Positions 12,745 through 21,981 of a DNA stretch of 64,000 nucleotides are shown here, in pieces. The notes under the pieces are model-generated. The model did no database searches, was not told the origin of the DNA, and saw nothing but the letters and a program-made list of their open reading frames with translations. The DNA is from an uncultured delta proteobacterium (GTDB taxonomy: Bacteria; Myxococcota; UBA727; VGSZ01). Location: positions 480,001 to 544,000 of the forward strand of contig CAVZJB010000016.1 in the NCBI GenBank assembly GCA_963775425.1. Reading direction: 5' to 3'. Position 1 is the stretch's first letter. Every line of letters starts with the position of its first letter. Both the position numbers and the translations under genes were made by a program.

Positions 12745-13281
12745 CTACTTCTTCTTGGTGTGCTTGTTGCCGTAGGCGTCGTTGTAGCGGCGGATGAGCT
12801 CGTTGGTGAGGTCGAGCGCGCCCTTGGCGTAGAGCACCGCCGACTTTTCGACGATGAGCGTGTAGCCCTGCTCCTCTCCCATGGTCTGCAGGATGACGCC
12901 CATCTTCTTGAAGATCCCGGCGGTGGCGTCCTGCTCGCGCTTGCTGAGCTCCTGCTGGAGCTGGAAGTAGAGCTGCTGCGTCTCCATGAGCTGCTTTTGC
13001 AGGTCGTTGAGCTTGTCCTGCTTCACCTCGGGCTTCATCATGGTGCCGCGGGAGTCGAGCTCTTCCTTGAGCGCCTTGAGCTGGTTCTGCTTGGCGTCGA
13101 GCGTCTTCTGCTTCTCGTCGAATTCCTTCTTGAGCTTGGCCTTGGCCGTGGCGCCTTCGTCGACCTCGTTCAGCGCACGCTGGAGGTCGACGTAGCCGAG
13201 CTTGGTGTCTTCGGCGCGGAGGGGGGAAGCGACGGCGAGGCCCGAAGAGAGGGCGAGGACGGCGAGGATGAAGCGGGTCAT
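12745..13281 (-). CDS. skp: Periplasmic chaperone Skp/OmpH
   Basis: Signal peptide, KLGYVDLQRAL, coiled coil, LDLTNELI. Confidence 0.92.
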   Translation of the reverse strand: MTRFILAVLALSSGLAVASPLRAEDTKLGYVDLQRALNEVDEGATAKAKLKKEFDEKQKTLDAKQNQLKALKEELDSRGTMMKPEVKQDKLNDLQKQLMETQQLYFQLQQELSKREQDATAGIFKKMGVILQTMGEEQGYTLIVEKSAVLYAKGALDLTNELIRRYNDAYGNKHTKKK

Positions 13282-13358
13282 GCGCTGTGTCTCCCTGCTC
13301 CGACGACGCGAGGCAAGAGGGTATTTACGACCGCAGGGGGCGGCCGCGTGGGAGGTCT

Positions 13359-14795
13359 TCAGGCGTGCGAGCGGGCCGCGCCGATGACGTGGAGCAACAG
13401 CGTGTTGGTTCGCTGGCTCGACTGAAGCGGCTGCTTGAACAACACCACGGCGGTGTCGCCGGGCCTGCCGAAGCCGCGCGTCTCCAGCCGCTGGTCGATG
13501 GCGGCGAAGAGGTCCTCCGAGGTCTTGGGTGGGTCGATGACGTCGGCGGCGACGCCCCAGGCGAACGCGAGCCGACGCTGCTCGGCGGGGCTCGGCACCA
13601 GCGCCAGGATGGGCACCTTGGGCCGGTAGTCCGACACGAGCCGGGCGGTGTTGCCGCTCGTGGAGTACACGACGATGGCCTCGGCGCCGAGCTCGTGGGC
13701 GGCGCGCACGCCGGCCTGCGAGACGGCGTTTTGGAAGTCCTGCGCCTCCTGCGCCGCGAGGAAGTCCACCTTCACATAGCGCGCGCGATCGCTCTGCTCC
13801 GCCTCCTTGACGATGCGCGCCATGGTCTCGACGACGCGCTCGGGGTGCTTGCCCGCGGCGGTCTCGCCCGAGAGCATGACGGCGTCGGCGCCGTCGAGCA
13901 CGGCGTTGGCGACGTCGCTCGCCTCGGCGCGCGTGGGGCGGGGGTTGGTGATCATGCTCTCGAGCATCTGCGTGGCCACGATGACGATCTTGCCGCGGCG
14001 GTTTGCCTGCTCGCAGATCATCTTCTGGAGCGTGGGCACCTTCTCCGTGGGCATCTCCACGCCGAGGTCGCCGCGGGCGACCATCACCCCGTCGCTCTCC
14101 TCGAGGATGCCGTCGAGCTGATCGATGGCCTGCGGCTTTTCCAGCTTGGCGATGACCAGGGGGCGCGACTTCCCCTGGGCCAGCTCGCGCCTGAGCATGC
14201 GCACGTCGTTGCGCGCGCGAACGAACGAGAGCGCCACGGCGTCGACGCCGACCTCGGCGCCGAAGTGGGCGTCGCGGATGTCCTTGTCGGTGAGGGACGG
14301 CGCCGACACCTTGGTGTTCGGCAGGTTGATGCCCTTTTTGTCCTTGAGCACGCCGCCGTGGATGACCTCGCAGGTGACGTCGCGATCGGTCCGCTCGAGG
14401 ACCTTGAGGGTGAGGTTGCCGTCGTCGAGGAGCACGAGCTCGCCCTCGGAGACGTCCCGCGGGAGCGCCTTGTACAGCGTGCCGAAGCGCTCCGCGGTGC
14501 CGACGACATCGTCGACGGTGATGACCGTGCGCGACCCCTCCGCGAGGTGGATGGCGCCGCCCTCCATGGTGAGGCAGCGGATCTTGGGGCCCTGGAGGTC
14601 CTGGAGGATGGCCACGGGCTTGCCGAGCTTGCCCGCCGCGGCGCGGACGCGATTGACGAGCGTGCGATGGAAGTCGTGGTCACCGTGGCTGAAGTTGAGC
14701 CGGGCGACGTCCATCCCCGCCGCGATCAGGCCCTCGATGGCCTCCGCCGACGACGACGACGGGCCCAACGTGCAGATGATCTTGGCTCGACGCAT
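13359..14795 (-). CDS. pyk: Pyruvate kinase
   Basis: RRAKIICTLGP, ARLNFSHG, DLQGPKIR, MVARGDLGVE, ATQMLESM, PTRAEASDV, MLSGETA. Confidence 0.97.
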   Translation of the reverse strand: MRRAKIICTLGPSSSSAEAIEGLIAAGMDVARLNFSHGDHDFHRTLVNRVRAAAGKLGKPVAILQDLQGPKIRCLTMEGGAIHLAEGSRTVITVDDVVGTAERFGTLYKALPRDVSEGELVLLDDGNLTLKVLERTDRDVTCEVIHGGVLKDKKGINLPNTKVSAPSLTDKDIRDAHFGAEVGVDAVALSFVRARNDVRMLRRELAQGKSRPLVIAKLEKPQAIDQLDGILEESDGVMVARGDLGVEMPTEKVPTLQKMICEQANRRGKIVIVATQMLESMITNPRPTRAEASDVANAVLDGADAVMLSGETAAGKHPERVVETMARIVKEAEQSDRARYVKVDFLAAQEAQDFQNAVSQAGVRAAHELGAEAIVVYSTSGNTARLVSDYRPKVPILALVPSPAEQRRLAFAWGVAADVIDPPKTSEDLFAAIDQRLETRGFGRPGDTAVVLFKQPLQSSQRTNTLLLHVIGAARSHA

Positions 14796-14799
14796 GTTC

Positions 14800-15720
14800 C
14801 TACCTGTCCAGGCGGTCCACGCCGCCGGCGAATCCGAAGAGCCGGCCATAGCACACGCCCAGCGTGACGACAGTCAGCGGAATTGTGACGAGGAGACCGA
14901 GGCCGCAGGCGAGCGAGCCTCCGAAGTTGAGCGCGCCGAGCACGAGGAACACCACGACGTGCGCGCCGAGCTGCGCGTTCACCGCCTCCACCGACGTCTT
15001 GAGCGCGGCCCACGCGGGGACGTCGCGATCGATGACCAGCAGCGGCGTGTAGGCGGTAGCCATGGCGAGGTAGAGCCCGGGCACCACGAGCACGACGAGG
15101 CCGAGCGCGACGACGAGCCCCACGAGGAGGCCGCTCACCACGAGGCGCTTCCACCGCGAAAAGCCCGCGAAGAAGTCGTTGAGCTCGACGGAGCGCCCCG
15201 ACGCCGCCCGCAGCGCGACGGTGCCGAAGCCCCCGCCCTGCAGCGGGCCGAGCGCGAGCACGCCGATGCCCGTGCTCGACAGCGCGCTCGACGCGAGCCC
15301 GATGATGACCGTGCCGACCGCGAGCGGCCCGAGGCGGCCCTTCACGAGCGCCCAGGCCTCCTTGACGGCGTCGACAGCGACGTCGTTGCGGGTCTCGAGG
15401 GTGGCGGGCTCCGGCGCCACGAGGAGCGGCGTGGCGGGCACGACCGAGACGATCCGCGGGGGACCGGCCGGCGCCGGCGGGGCCGGGGACGGGGCCGTCG
15501 GGGGCGCGGCCCTCAGGGGCACGGGCGCCGGGGGCACGGGCGCCGGGGGCGCGGCGGCCGGGGGCGCGGCGGCCGTGGCCTCCACCTGCACGCGGACGGG
15601 GGACGCGACGACGGTGGCGTCGGGCATCCTGCCGCCGCACTCGCCACAGAAGCGGATCTCGTCCGGCCACTCCGCCCCGCACTGGGGGCAGGGCCGCGTC
15701 GGCGTGGGAGCCCCGCTCAT
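14800..15720 (-). CDS. Zinc-ribbon + Pro-rich + multi-TM membrane protein
   Basis: CPQCG...FCGECG N-terminus, Pro-rich linker, 4-5 TM helices. Confidence 0.75.
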   Translation of the reverse strand: MSGAPTPTRPCPQCGAEWPDEIRFCGECGGRMPDATVVASPVRVQVEATAAAPPAAAPPAPVPPAPVPLRAAPPTAPSPAPPAPAGPPRIVSVVPATPLLVAPEPATLETRNDVAVDAVKEAWALVKGRLGPLAVGTVIIGLASSALSSTGIGVLALGPLQGGGFGTVALRAASGRSVELNDFFAGFSRWKRLVVSGLLVGLVVALGLVVLVVPGLYLAMATAYTPLLVIDRDVPAWAALKTSVEAVNAQLGAHVVVFLVLGALNFGGSLACGLGLLVTIPLTVVTLGVCYGRLFGFAGGVDRLDR

Positions 15721-15773
15721 GGCCCCGCCTAACACGCGTTGAGCAAGGCGAAAACGCGGGCTACACCTCCCGC

Positions 15774-17462
15774 ATGCTGCGCCTCCCCCGCCTCGCCCGC
15801 GCCTCGCTCCCGTCCGCGCAAGCCACCCGCGCTGCGCTCCTCGCCGTCGTCACGGTGGGCGTGGGGGCGGGTTGCCGCAACTGCGACAACCTCGGCGCCG
15901 TCAAGGCCGCCGGCGCCATCGAGCCCGCCGTGTTCGAGTTCGGCCCGCTCACCGCCGGCAGCCAGTGCCAGGCGCTGCTGCAGGTCACCAACCACGGCCA
16001 GGAGGACCTCTCCGTGAGCGGGTCCTCGCTCGAGAACACCAACGGCGACTTCACGCTCAAGAAGGCGCCCGCGCTCGTGCGCATCGGCGCGGCCGAGGAC
16101 CTCCTCGTCGACTACACCGCCAACGGCAACAACGGCGACCTGCAGTCCACCGGCATCAAGCTGCAGACCGACGACGCGGACGACAACGGCATCCTGCGCG
16201 CCACCATCACCGCCATCGTCACCACGGAGCCCGCGGCGTCCGTGAAGACGCGCTGCGGCGCGGCGGACGCCGAGGTCTCGCCGTGCGCCAGCCTCGACTT
16301 CGGGGCCACGCAGGTGAACGGCTCGGGCATCACCCTCGGCGTGAAGGTCGTCAACGACGGCAACGCCGACATGCACATCTCGTTCGCCGCCATCAACGAG
16401 GGCAACCCGGACTTCACGCTCGACAGCGTGCTCCTCGGCAGCTCCGTCGTCACGGACTTCCCGCAAAACGCCATCACCCTGCCGCCGGGCCGCTCCACCG
16501 ACTGCGGGCAGCCCACGGGCACGGACGCCAACGTCGCCACGTTCAACGTGCACTACGCCCCGAGCGCCCTGGGCGCCGACGTCGACACGCTGGTCATCAC
16601 CACCGACGCCGTCGACAGCCCCGAGGTGGACGTGCCGCTGTCCGGGGCGGGCTCCGACATCGGCATCGTGATGACGCCGGCCACCGTCAACTTCGGCGCG
16701 CTCTCCGAGGGCGACAGCGACACCGTCGACGTGCGCGTGGCCAACGTGGGCACGTCGCAGGCCAGCGTGAACGACGCCTGCATCGACGTCGAAAACGACG
16801 GCACCTGCGACGCGCCGTGCACCGGGCAGGCGTCGGACTCCGCGCTGTCGGGCACGCTCACGTGCAAGGTCACCACCACCGACGGCTCCTTGGAGAGCCA
16901 CGGCTTCGTGCTCGCCGCCACCGACGCCGTGGACGGCGGCGCCGACGAGCGCAACATCGCCGTCACCTGGGCGCCCGCCGCCGGCGCGGATCGCATCCCG
17001 GCCACGGCGGTGCTGGCGCTGCACTCGAACGTCCTCGGCAACAGGATCTTCACGGCGCCCATCATCGGCGGCTCCATCGGCATCATCGAGGCCTCCACGC
17101 CGGACGGCGACTGCACCGGCGGGCCGGACGCCGACGCCTGCGTGCACGCCACCGGCGACGCCGCCGACTTCTCGACGTGGGCGGGCACCGTGACGCTGCG
17201 GCTCACCAACACCGGCCAGGCCACGGTGAACCTCGGCACCATCGAGAAGGACGGCAACGCCGGCATCATCGACGACTACGCCCTCGGCGCGCCCTCGCAG
17301 ACGGCCATCGCCCCGGGCGACCACGCCGACATCGTGCTCACCTACGACGAGTCCACCGGCGGCGACGCCGGCGCCTCCGACGAGATCATGAACGTGCTCG
17401 TGCACCACGACGGCGCCGGCGCCCTGACCACCATCGTCGTCGACGTCATCCCCCCCACGTGA
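15774..17462 (+). CDS. Lipoprotein with repeated Ig-like (choice-of-anchor D/ASH-like) domains
   Basis: Lipobox GAGC; repeated F.FG...V.N.G...L.I motifs (LDFG, VNFG); Asp/Thr/Gly-rich; strong GC3 bias. Confidence 0.75.
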   Translation: MLRLPRLARASLPSAQATRAALLAVVTVGVGAGCRNCDNLGAVKAAGAIEPAVFEFGPLTAGSQCQALLQVTNHGQEDLSVSGSSLENTNGDFTLKKAPALVRIGAAEDLLVDYTANGNNGDLQSTGIKLQTDDADDNGILRATITAIVTTEPAASVKTRCGAADAEVSPCASLDFGATQVNGSGITLGVKVVNDGNADMHISFAAINEGNPDFTLDSVLLGSSVVTDFPQNAITLPPGRSTDCGQPTGTDANVATFNVHYAPSALGADVDTLVITTDAVDSPEVDVPLSGAGSDIGIVMTPATVNFGALSEGDSDTVDVRVANVGTSQASVNDACIDVENDGTCDAPCTGQASDSALSGTLTCKVTTTDGSLESHGFVLAATDAVDGGADERNIAVTWAPAAGADRIPATAVLALHSNVLGNRIFTAPIIGGSIGIIEASTPDGDCTGGPDADACVHATGDAADFSTWAGTVTLRLTNTGQATVNLGTIEKDGNAGIIDDYALGAPSQTAIAPGDHADIVLTYDESTGGDAGASDEIMNVLVHHDGAGALTTIVVDVIPPT

Positions 17463-17475
17463 TGTCCGCTCCAGC

Positions 17476-18444
17476 GTGGGCGTGGGGCGCGCCGCCGGGG
17501 CGCGCGCTGTCGGCGTGAGGCCCTACCTGCTGCTCGGCGTCGGCGTCCTCTCGGTGGGCGCGGCCGCCATCCTCATTCGCGAGGCGCACGCGCCCACGCT
17601 CGTCATCGCCTTCTGGCGCACCGTGCTCGGCGGATCGGCCCTCGCCCTCGTCGTCGCCGCGCGGCAGCGGCTGGGCCCGCGCTCCGCCGGTGGCGCGGAC
17701 GCCCGCCCGCCGCCGGGCATCCCCCGCGGCGAGCACCTGCGCCGCGCGGTGATCGCGGGCCTGCTGCTCGGCGTGCACTTCTGGTCCTGGATCGCGTCGC
17801 TCGAAAAGACCAGCGTCGCCGCCAGCGTCGTCCTCGTGTGCACACAGCCCATCTTCGTGGCGCTCCTGGCCCACGTGGTGCTGCGCGAGCGCACCCCGCG
17901 CCTCGGCCTCGTCGGCATCGCCGTCGCCTTCGCCGGCGCCGCCCTCATCGCCAAGGACGCCACCGGCGGCAGCGACGACCTCGGCGGTGACGCGCTCGCC
18001 CTCGTGGGCGCCGTGGCCATCGCCGTCTACGTCCTCGTCGGGCGCAGGAGCGCCGGCAAGGTCGACGTCATGGCCTACTCGGCCACGGTCTCGCTCGTCG
18101 CCGCCGCGAGCCTCGCCGTGCCGCTCGTGTTGTCGTCGGCGTCGCCCGCGGCCGCGCTGCCGCCGACGCCCTCATCGTGGTTCTGGGTCTGCTCGCTCGC
18201 GCTCGGCCCGCAGCTCATCGGCCACACGGCGCTCAACGCCGCGCTCGCCCGGCTGCCGGCGCCCGTGGTGTCGGGCAGCATCCTCGGCGAGCCGGTGATC
18301 TCGACGGCGCTCGCGTGGCTCGTCCTCGACGAGATCCCCGGCGTCTTCACGCTCGCGGGGAGCGCCGTCGTGCTCACGGGGCTTGTGGTGCTCCTGTGGG
18401 CGACGCGGCCGGCGCCTGCTCGCGCGCCGGCGCCGCCCCCGTGA
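17476..18444 (+). CDS. DMT/EamA family transporter
   Basis: IAFWR, HFWSWIASL, TQPIFV, GDALAL, PQLIGHT, LGEPVIS; start may be ~17515. Confidence 0.88.
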   Translation: MGVGRAAGARAVGVRPYLLLGVGVLSVGAAAILIREAHAPTLVIAFWRTVLGGSALALVVAARQRLGPRSAGGADARPPPGIPRGEHLRRAVIAGLLLGVHFWSWIASLEKTSVAASVVLVCTQPIFVALLAHVVLRERTPRLGLVGIAVAFAGAALIAKDATGGSDDLGGDALALVGAVAIAVYVLVGRRSAGKVDVMAYSATVSLVAAASLAVPLVLSSASPAAALPPTPSSWFWVCSLALGPQLIGHTALNAALARLPAPVVSGSILGEPVISTALAWLVLDEIPGVFTLAGSAVVLTGLVVLLWATRPAPARAPAPPP

Positions 18445-19900
18445 ACAGCAGGCAGAGGTCACCGCGGCACGAGAACGCGTCCCCGGCCGGGGCCGAGCCG
18501 GACGAGGCGCGCGCCACGAAGCGCATCAGCGACGCGGGTGCTCCCGCGCGCACGCCGTAGGCAGGGAGGACGCCGCCGGCGTCGGCGCACATCGCCAGGC
18601 CGTTTTCGGGGACGACGGCGCGCACCACGAACAACCCGCCGGCGAGCGCGTTTTCGTCCTTGTCGTCGAGCACCTCGATGACGGCCTCGATGCGCCGGCC
18701 GGCCCACACCTTGTCCACGGCGAGGCCGACGCAGGGCGCGCCGCGCGCGACGCCCACGGCGGTGCGCACGCACGGGCCCTCGGCGCACGGCTTGCCGTCG
18801 GGGCCCTTGCCGCGCGTGGCCGGGCGAATCGGCATCGGGGCGAGCCGCAGCTCCGCGTGCTCCGACGTGAGCAGCACGCGCTGGCGCAGCGTGACGTCGT
18901 TGCCGAGGAGGTTCATGGCGCCCCTTCCTTTCCACGCGCGCACCGCACCGACGTCGACGCGCTCGCGGCCGAGCAGGAGGTGGTCGATGACGAAGGCGCC
19001 TTCGCTGCGCCGCCGCGTGCCGTCGAGGCTGGCGATGTCCGCTGCCAGCCCGCCCTGCACCGGCAGATCCAACGCCTCGCCGAGCTTCTCGTCGACGAGC
19101 GTGTGGCTGGCGCCCGTGTCGAGCAGGAAGGGGATGGCGGCGCGGCCGCTCTCGTCGAGGGGCGCGAGCAGCATCGGCCCCGGGCCCACCGCGATGCGCA
19201 CCACGTTGTCGCGGGCGGTGAGGAAGCCGGTGCCGGGCGGGTAGATGCCGAGCACGCCCTGGTCGACGGCGAACACCATGTCCACCTCGCGCAACACGTC
19301 GTAGCCGACGAGCGCGTCCGCCTGCAGGCCGTCCACCACGGTGGCCCGCACGCCGTGCACGCGCACCTTGCCGAGCGTGATGATGCCCACGTCCACGTCG
19401 TACGTGTCGATGAGGCGGCCGTGCGCGTCGTGCGTCTTCGCGGGGTAGTGCACGACGCCGGGCGCATCGAGGCCGAGGGCAGCCGCGAGACGGGCGGAGA
19501 TGGCCGTGGTGCTCGCGCCGGTGTCGAGGAGCACGCGGGTGTCCCTGCCCTGAATGAGCACGTGCGTGACCAGATGCAGACCGGCGCCGATCTCGAGCGG
19601 CAGCCACACCGCTTGCGGGTGGCGCAGCGGCAGCTCGGCGATGTCGCCCGCCGCCCCGAACAGCGGCTCGCCCGCGCGTGGCCGGCGCGACAGCGACAGC
19701 GGCGGCGGCCCGCGCCGCGGCGTCGGTTTGGCGTCGGGTACGAGCGGTGGCAGGTCCGTCGACGGCGCCTGGTGCGAGACGGGCACCCCCACCAGACGCG
19801 GGACCGGCGTCATGGCCGGCGGCAACGACGGCTTCGGGTGGAACGTCGGCCCTCCGCCCATCAAGCTCGCGCAGACGAGGAGCGCGGCCGCGGGGCTCAC
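18374..19900 (-). CDS. Exported aspartyl protease with two retropepsin-like domains
   Basis: LLDTGAS...LVGYDVL and FLLDTGAS...LLGNDV; GTG start overlaps the catalase-like stop. Confidence 0.8.
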   Translation of the reverse strand: MSPAAALLVCASLMGGGPTFHPKPSLPPAMTPVPRLVGVPVSHQAPSTDLPPLVPDAKPTPRRGPPPLSLSRRPRAGEPLFGAAGDIAELPLRHPQAVWLPLEIGAGLHLVTHVLIQGRDTRVLLDTGASTTAISARLAAALGLDAPGVVHYPAKTHDAHGRLIDTYDVDVGIITLGKVRVHGVRATVVDGLQADALVGYDVLREVDMVFAVDQGVLGIYPPGTGFLTARDNVVRIAVGPGPMLLAPLDESGRAAIPFLLDTGASHTLVDEKLGEALDLPVQGGLAADIASLDGTRRRSEGAFVIDHLLLGRERVDVGAVRAWKGRGAMNLLGNDVTLRQRVLLTSEHAELRLAPMPIRPATRGKGPDGKPCAEGPCVRTAVGVARGAPCVGLAVDKVWAGRRIEAVIEVLDDKDENALAGGLFVVRAVVPENGLAMCADAGGVLPAYGVRAGAPASLMRFVARASSGSAPAGDAFSCRGDLCLLFTGAAPAREQAPAASPTGAPQAP

Positions 19901-20937
19901 GGCGCACCCCCTGCGGACCCGCCGCCCACCGCGAGCACCGACGTCGGCTCGAGCGCCGCCCCCCGCTGAAACGAGCTCACACGGTACGCCGCCTTGCGCG
20001 CGCGCTGGGTCTTTCCGAGGGGGCGGTGGTCCTCCAGGGCGTGCCACGGGTCGAAGGAGAGCGTGTCGACGAGCTCGTCGATCTCGCGCCCGCGCGCGCC
20101 CTCGACGTCCTGCTCGGGGAGCTCGAGCACGGCGACGTCGTGAAACGGGCCCCGCCAGGCCACGGACGCGCGCTCGATGGGCGTGCGCCGCTCGTCGGTG
20201 AACAGCTGCGCCTGCACGCGCCAGCGCAGCGGGCCCGAGCGCAGCCGCGCCACGAGGTCCTCGCGGAAGGTGGCGCCGCTCCTGGCCCCGACGTGACGCT
20301 CGGGGACCAGCGAGAGCTTGGCCGCCGCCGGCCCGAGCTTCACGGGCACGGCGTTGAAGAACGTGGCGCCCGCGAGCGACGGCGGCTGCGGCACCTGCGC
20401 CAGCCGCACCAGGATGCGCGCCGCCGACAGCGGCCCGACGGCGAGCGCGAGCTTGAGCGGCAGGAGCAGCGGGCCGCCGATGCTCGCGCGCGCGAGCGCC
20501 AGGAACTCGTCGAACGAGTCGGTGGGCACGGCCGGCGTCTGCACGAAGAGGAAGTCCTGCGTGACGTCGTGCGCGTGGCCGTCGAGCAGCTTGTCGCCCA
20601 GGACACCCACGAGCTTGAGGGCGCAGCCGCGCACGTCGAGGATGCCGTCGGGCTGCTTGCGGACGGCGCCGTTCGAGAACCGCACGTAGCAGGGCCACTC
20701 GCGCGCCGCCGCGAACACCCCGGACGCGAGCGGCTCCGGCAGGTCGGGCAGCACCCGCATCACGCCGGCCACGCCCGTGTGCCTCTTGAGGTGGAAGACC
20801 CGACCCACGGGGCGTCGCGTGCGGCGCGCCACGTCACGGGCGATGTCGGCTATCTCCTGCGCGAAAGAGGCGAAGGACGCGTCCTCATCGTCACCGATGA
20901 CTTCCTGCCAATCGCGCGACCAATTCACCCGGCTCAT
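19897..20937 (-). CDS. Small catalase-fold heme protein (mini-catalase/cAOS-like)
   Basis: RVFHLK distal His, YVRFSNG, DVRGCALK, QDFL, FDPWH, RARKAAY proximal Tyr. Confidence 0.85.
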   Translation of the reverse strand: MSRVNWSRDWQEVIGDDEDASFASFAQEIADIARDVARRTRRPVGRVFHLKRHTGVAGVMRVLPDLPEPLASGVFAAAREWPCYVRFSNGAVRKQPDGILDVRGCALKLVGVLGDKLLDGHAHDVTQDFLFVQTPAVPTDSFDEFLALARASIGGPLLLPLKLALAVGPLSAARILVRLAQVPQPPSLAGATFFNAVPVKLGPAAAKLSLVPERHVGARSGATFREDLVARLRSGPLRWRVQAQLFTDERRTPIERASVAWRGPFHDVAVLELPEQDVEGARGREIDELVDTLSFDPWHALEDHRPLGKTQRARKAAYRVSSFQRGAALEPTSVLAVGGGSAGGAP

Positions 20938-20988
20938 GACGCGACACGCTAGCGCGGCCCCACCCGCAGCGACATCCCCGCTGCGCCC

Positions 20989-21981
20989 TCACGGGTCGAG
21001 CGCGAGGTGCTGCGGGTTCTTCGCGTACTGGCAGTTGTCGTAGTCGATGGGGTCCTCCGGCGACGCGACGACGACGCCGCTGCCGTCAGGGGTGGCGGCG
21101 CCGAGGGTCTCGATGAAGCAGGCGACGGCGACGTACTCCGCGTCCGACAGCGCCTGGTTGGCGAGGGGCATTCTGCTGCCGGGCACGGTGCCCGTGATGC
21201 GGCCCCACAGGTAGCTGCGGTCGAGCGAGCCGGGCTCCACGATGCGCGCGCCGGCGTCGATGTCGTGGGTGTCGGCGCCGAAGACGCCGTTTTCGTTGGG
21301 GTCACCCGGGACGAGGCTCGCCAGCACCTCGTCGACGTACTGATCGACGAAGGGGTTGTCGGCGAGGCCGTTGATGGTGACGACGGCGACGTTGCTGCCC
21401 GCGGCCATGTCCACCTGCACCTGCCAGTCCGCCGCCGGCAGCAGCACCGGCTTGTCCGGCACGTCCTCGTAGAAATACACGGTGTGCGCCACGACGTCCG
21501 ACGGCGCGGGGTCGCGCAGCGTGAGGGTCCAGTGGTCGACGGCGTCCCGGTGGGCGTACGCGATCTCGGAGATCATCACGTTGTCGATGACGACGAGATC
21601 GCCGGGGCGCTCGCAGAGATCGAAGCCCTGCGTGGGGTCCGGCATCTCGAGGTTGCACCACGCGTCCACCGTCTGCAGCAGCGACCCCGTCGTCGACAGG
21701 TCCGGGTAGTTGGACGTGTTGTGGCAGACGCCCGCGTTGGGCGAGCAACTGCGCGACACGATCTTCTGGTGCATGTCGATGGTGCGCGGAAAGAGCCTGC
21801 GCGCCTCGCTGACGACGGCGGGCTCGTCGCGCGCGACGGCGGGGCCGTCGACGACGTCGGGCGCCCTGCCGGCACAGCCGGCGGCCGCCAAGGCGAGCGC
21901 GGGGCCGGCGAAAAACGGCGCGAGGCGGCGGACGAGCCGCGGCGCCACGGCGATCCATGGGGACGACACGATGCGGCTCAT
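20989..21981 (-). CDS. Lipoprotein with atypical c-type cytochrome-like domain (CX6CH)
   Basis: Lipobox AAGC, CSPNAGVCH, IVEPGSLDRSYLWGRITG..GSRMP. Confidence 0.65.
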   Translation of the reverse strand: MSRIVSSPWIAVAPRLVRRLAPFFAGPALALAAAGCAGRAPDVVDGPAVARDEPAVVSEARRLFPRTIDMHQKIVSRSCSPNAGVCHNTSNYPDLSTTGSLLQTVDAWCNLEMPDPTQGFDLCERPGDLVVIDNVMISEIAYAHRDAVDHWTLTLRDPAPSDVVAHTVYFYEDVPDKPVLLPAADWQVQVDMAAGSNVAVVTINGLADNPFVDQYVDEVLASLVPGDPNENGVFGADTHDIDAGARIVEPGSLDRSYLWGRITGTVPGSRMPLANQALSDAEYVAVACFIETLGAATPDGSGVVVASPEDPIDYDNCQYAKNPQHLALDP

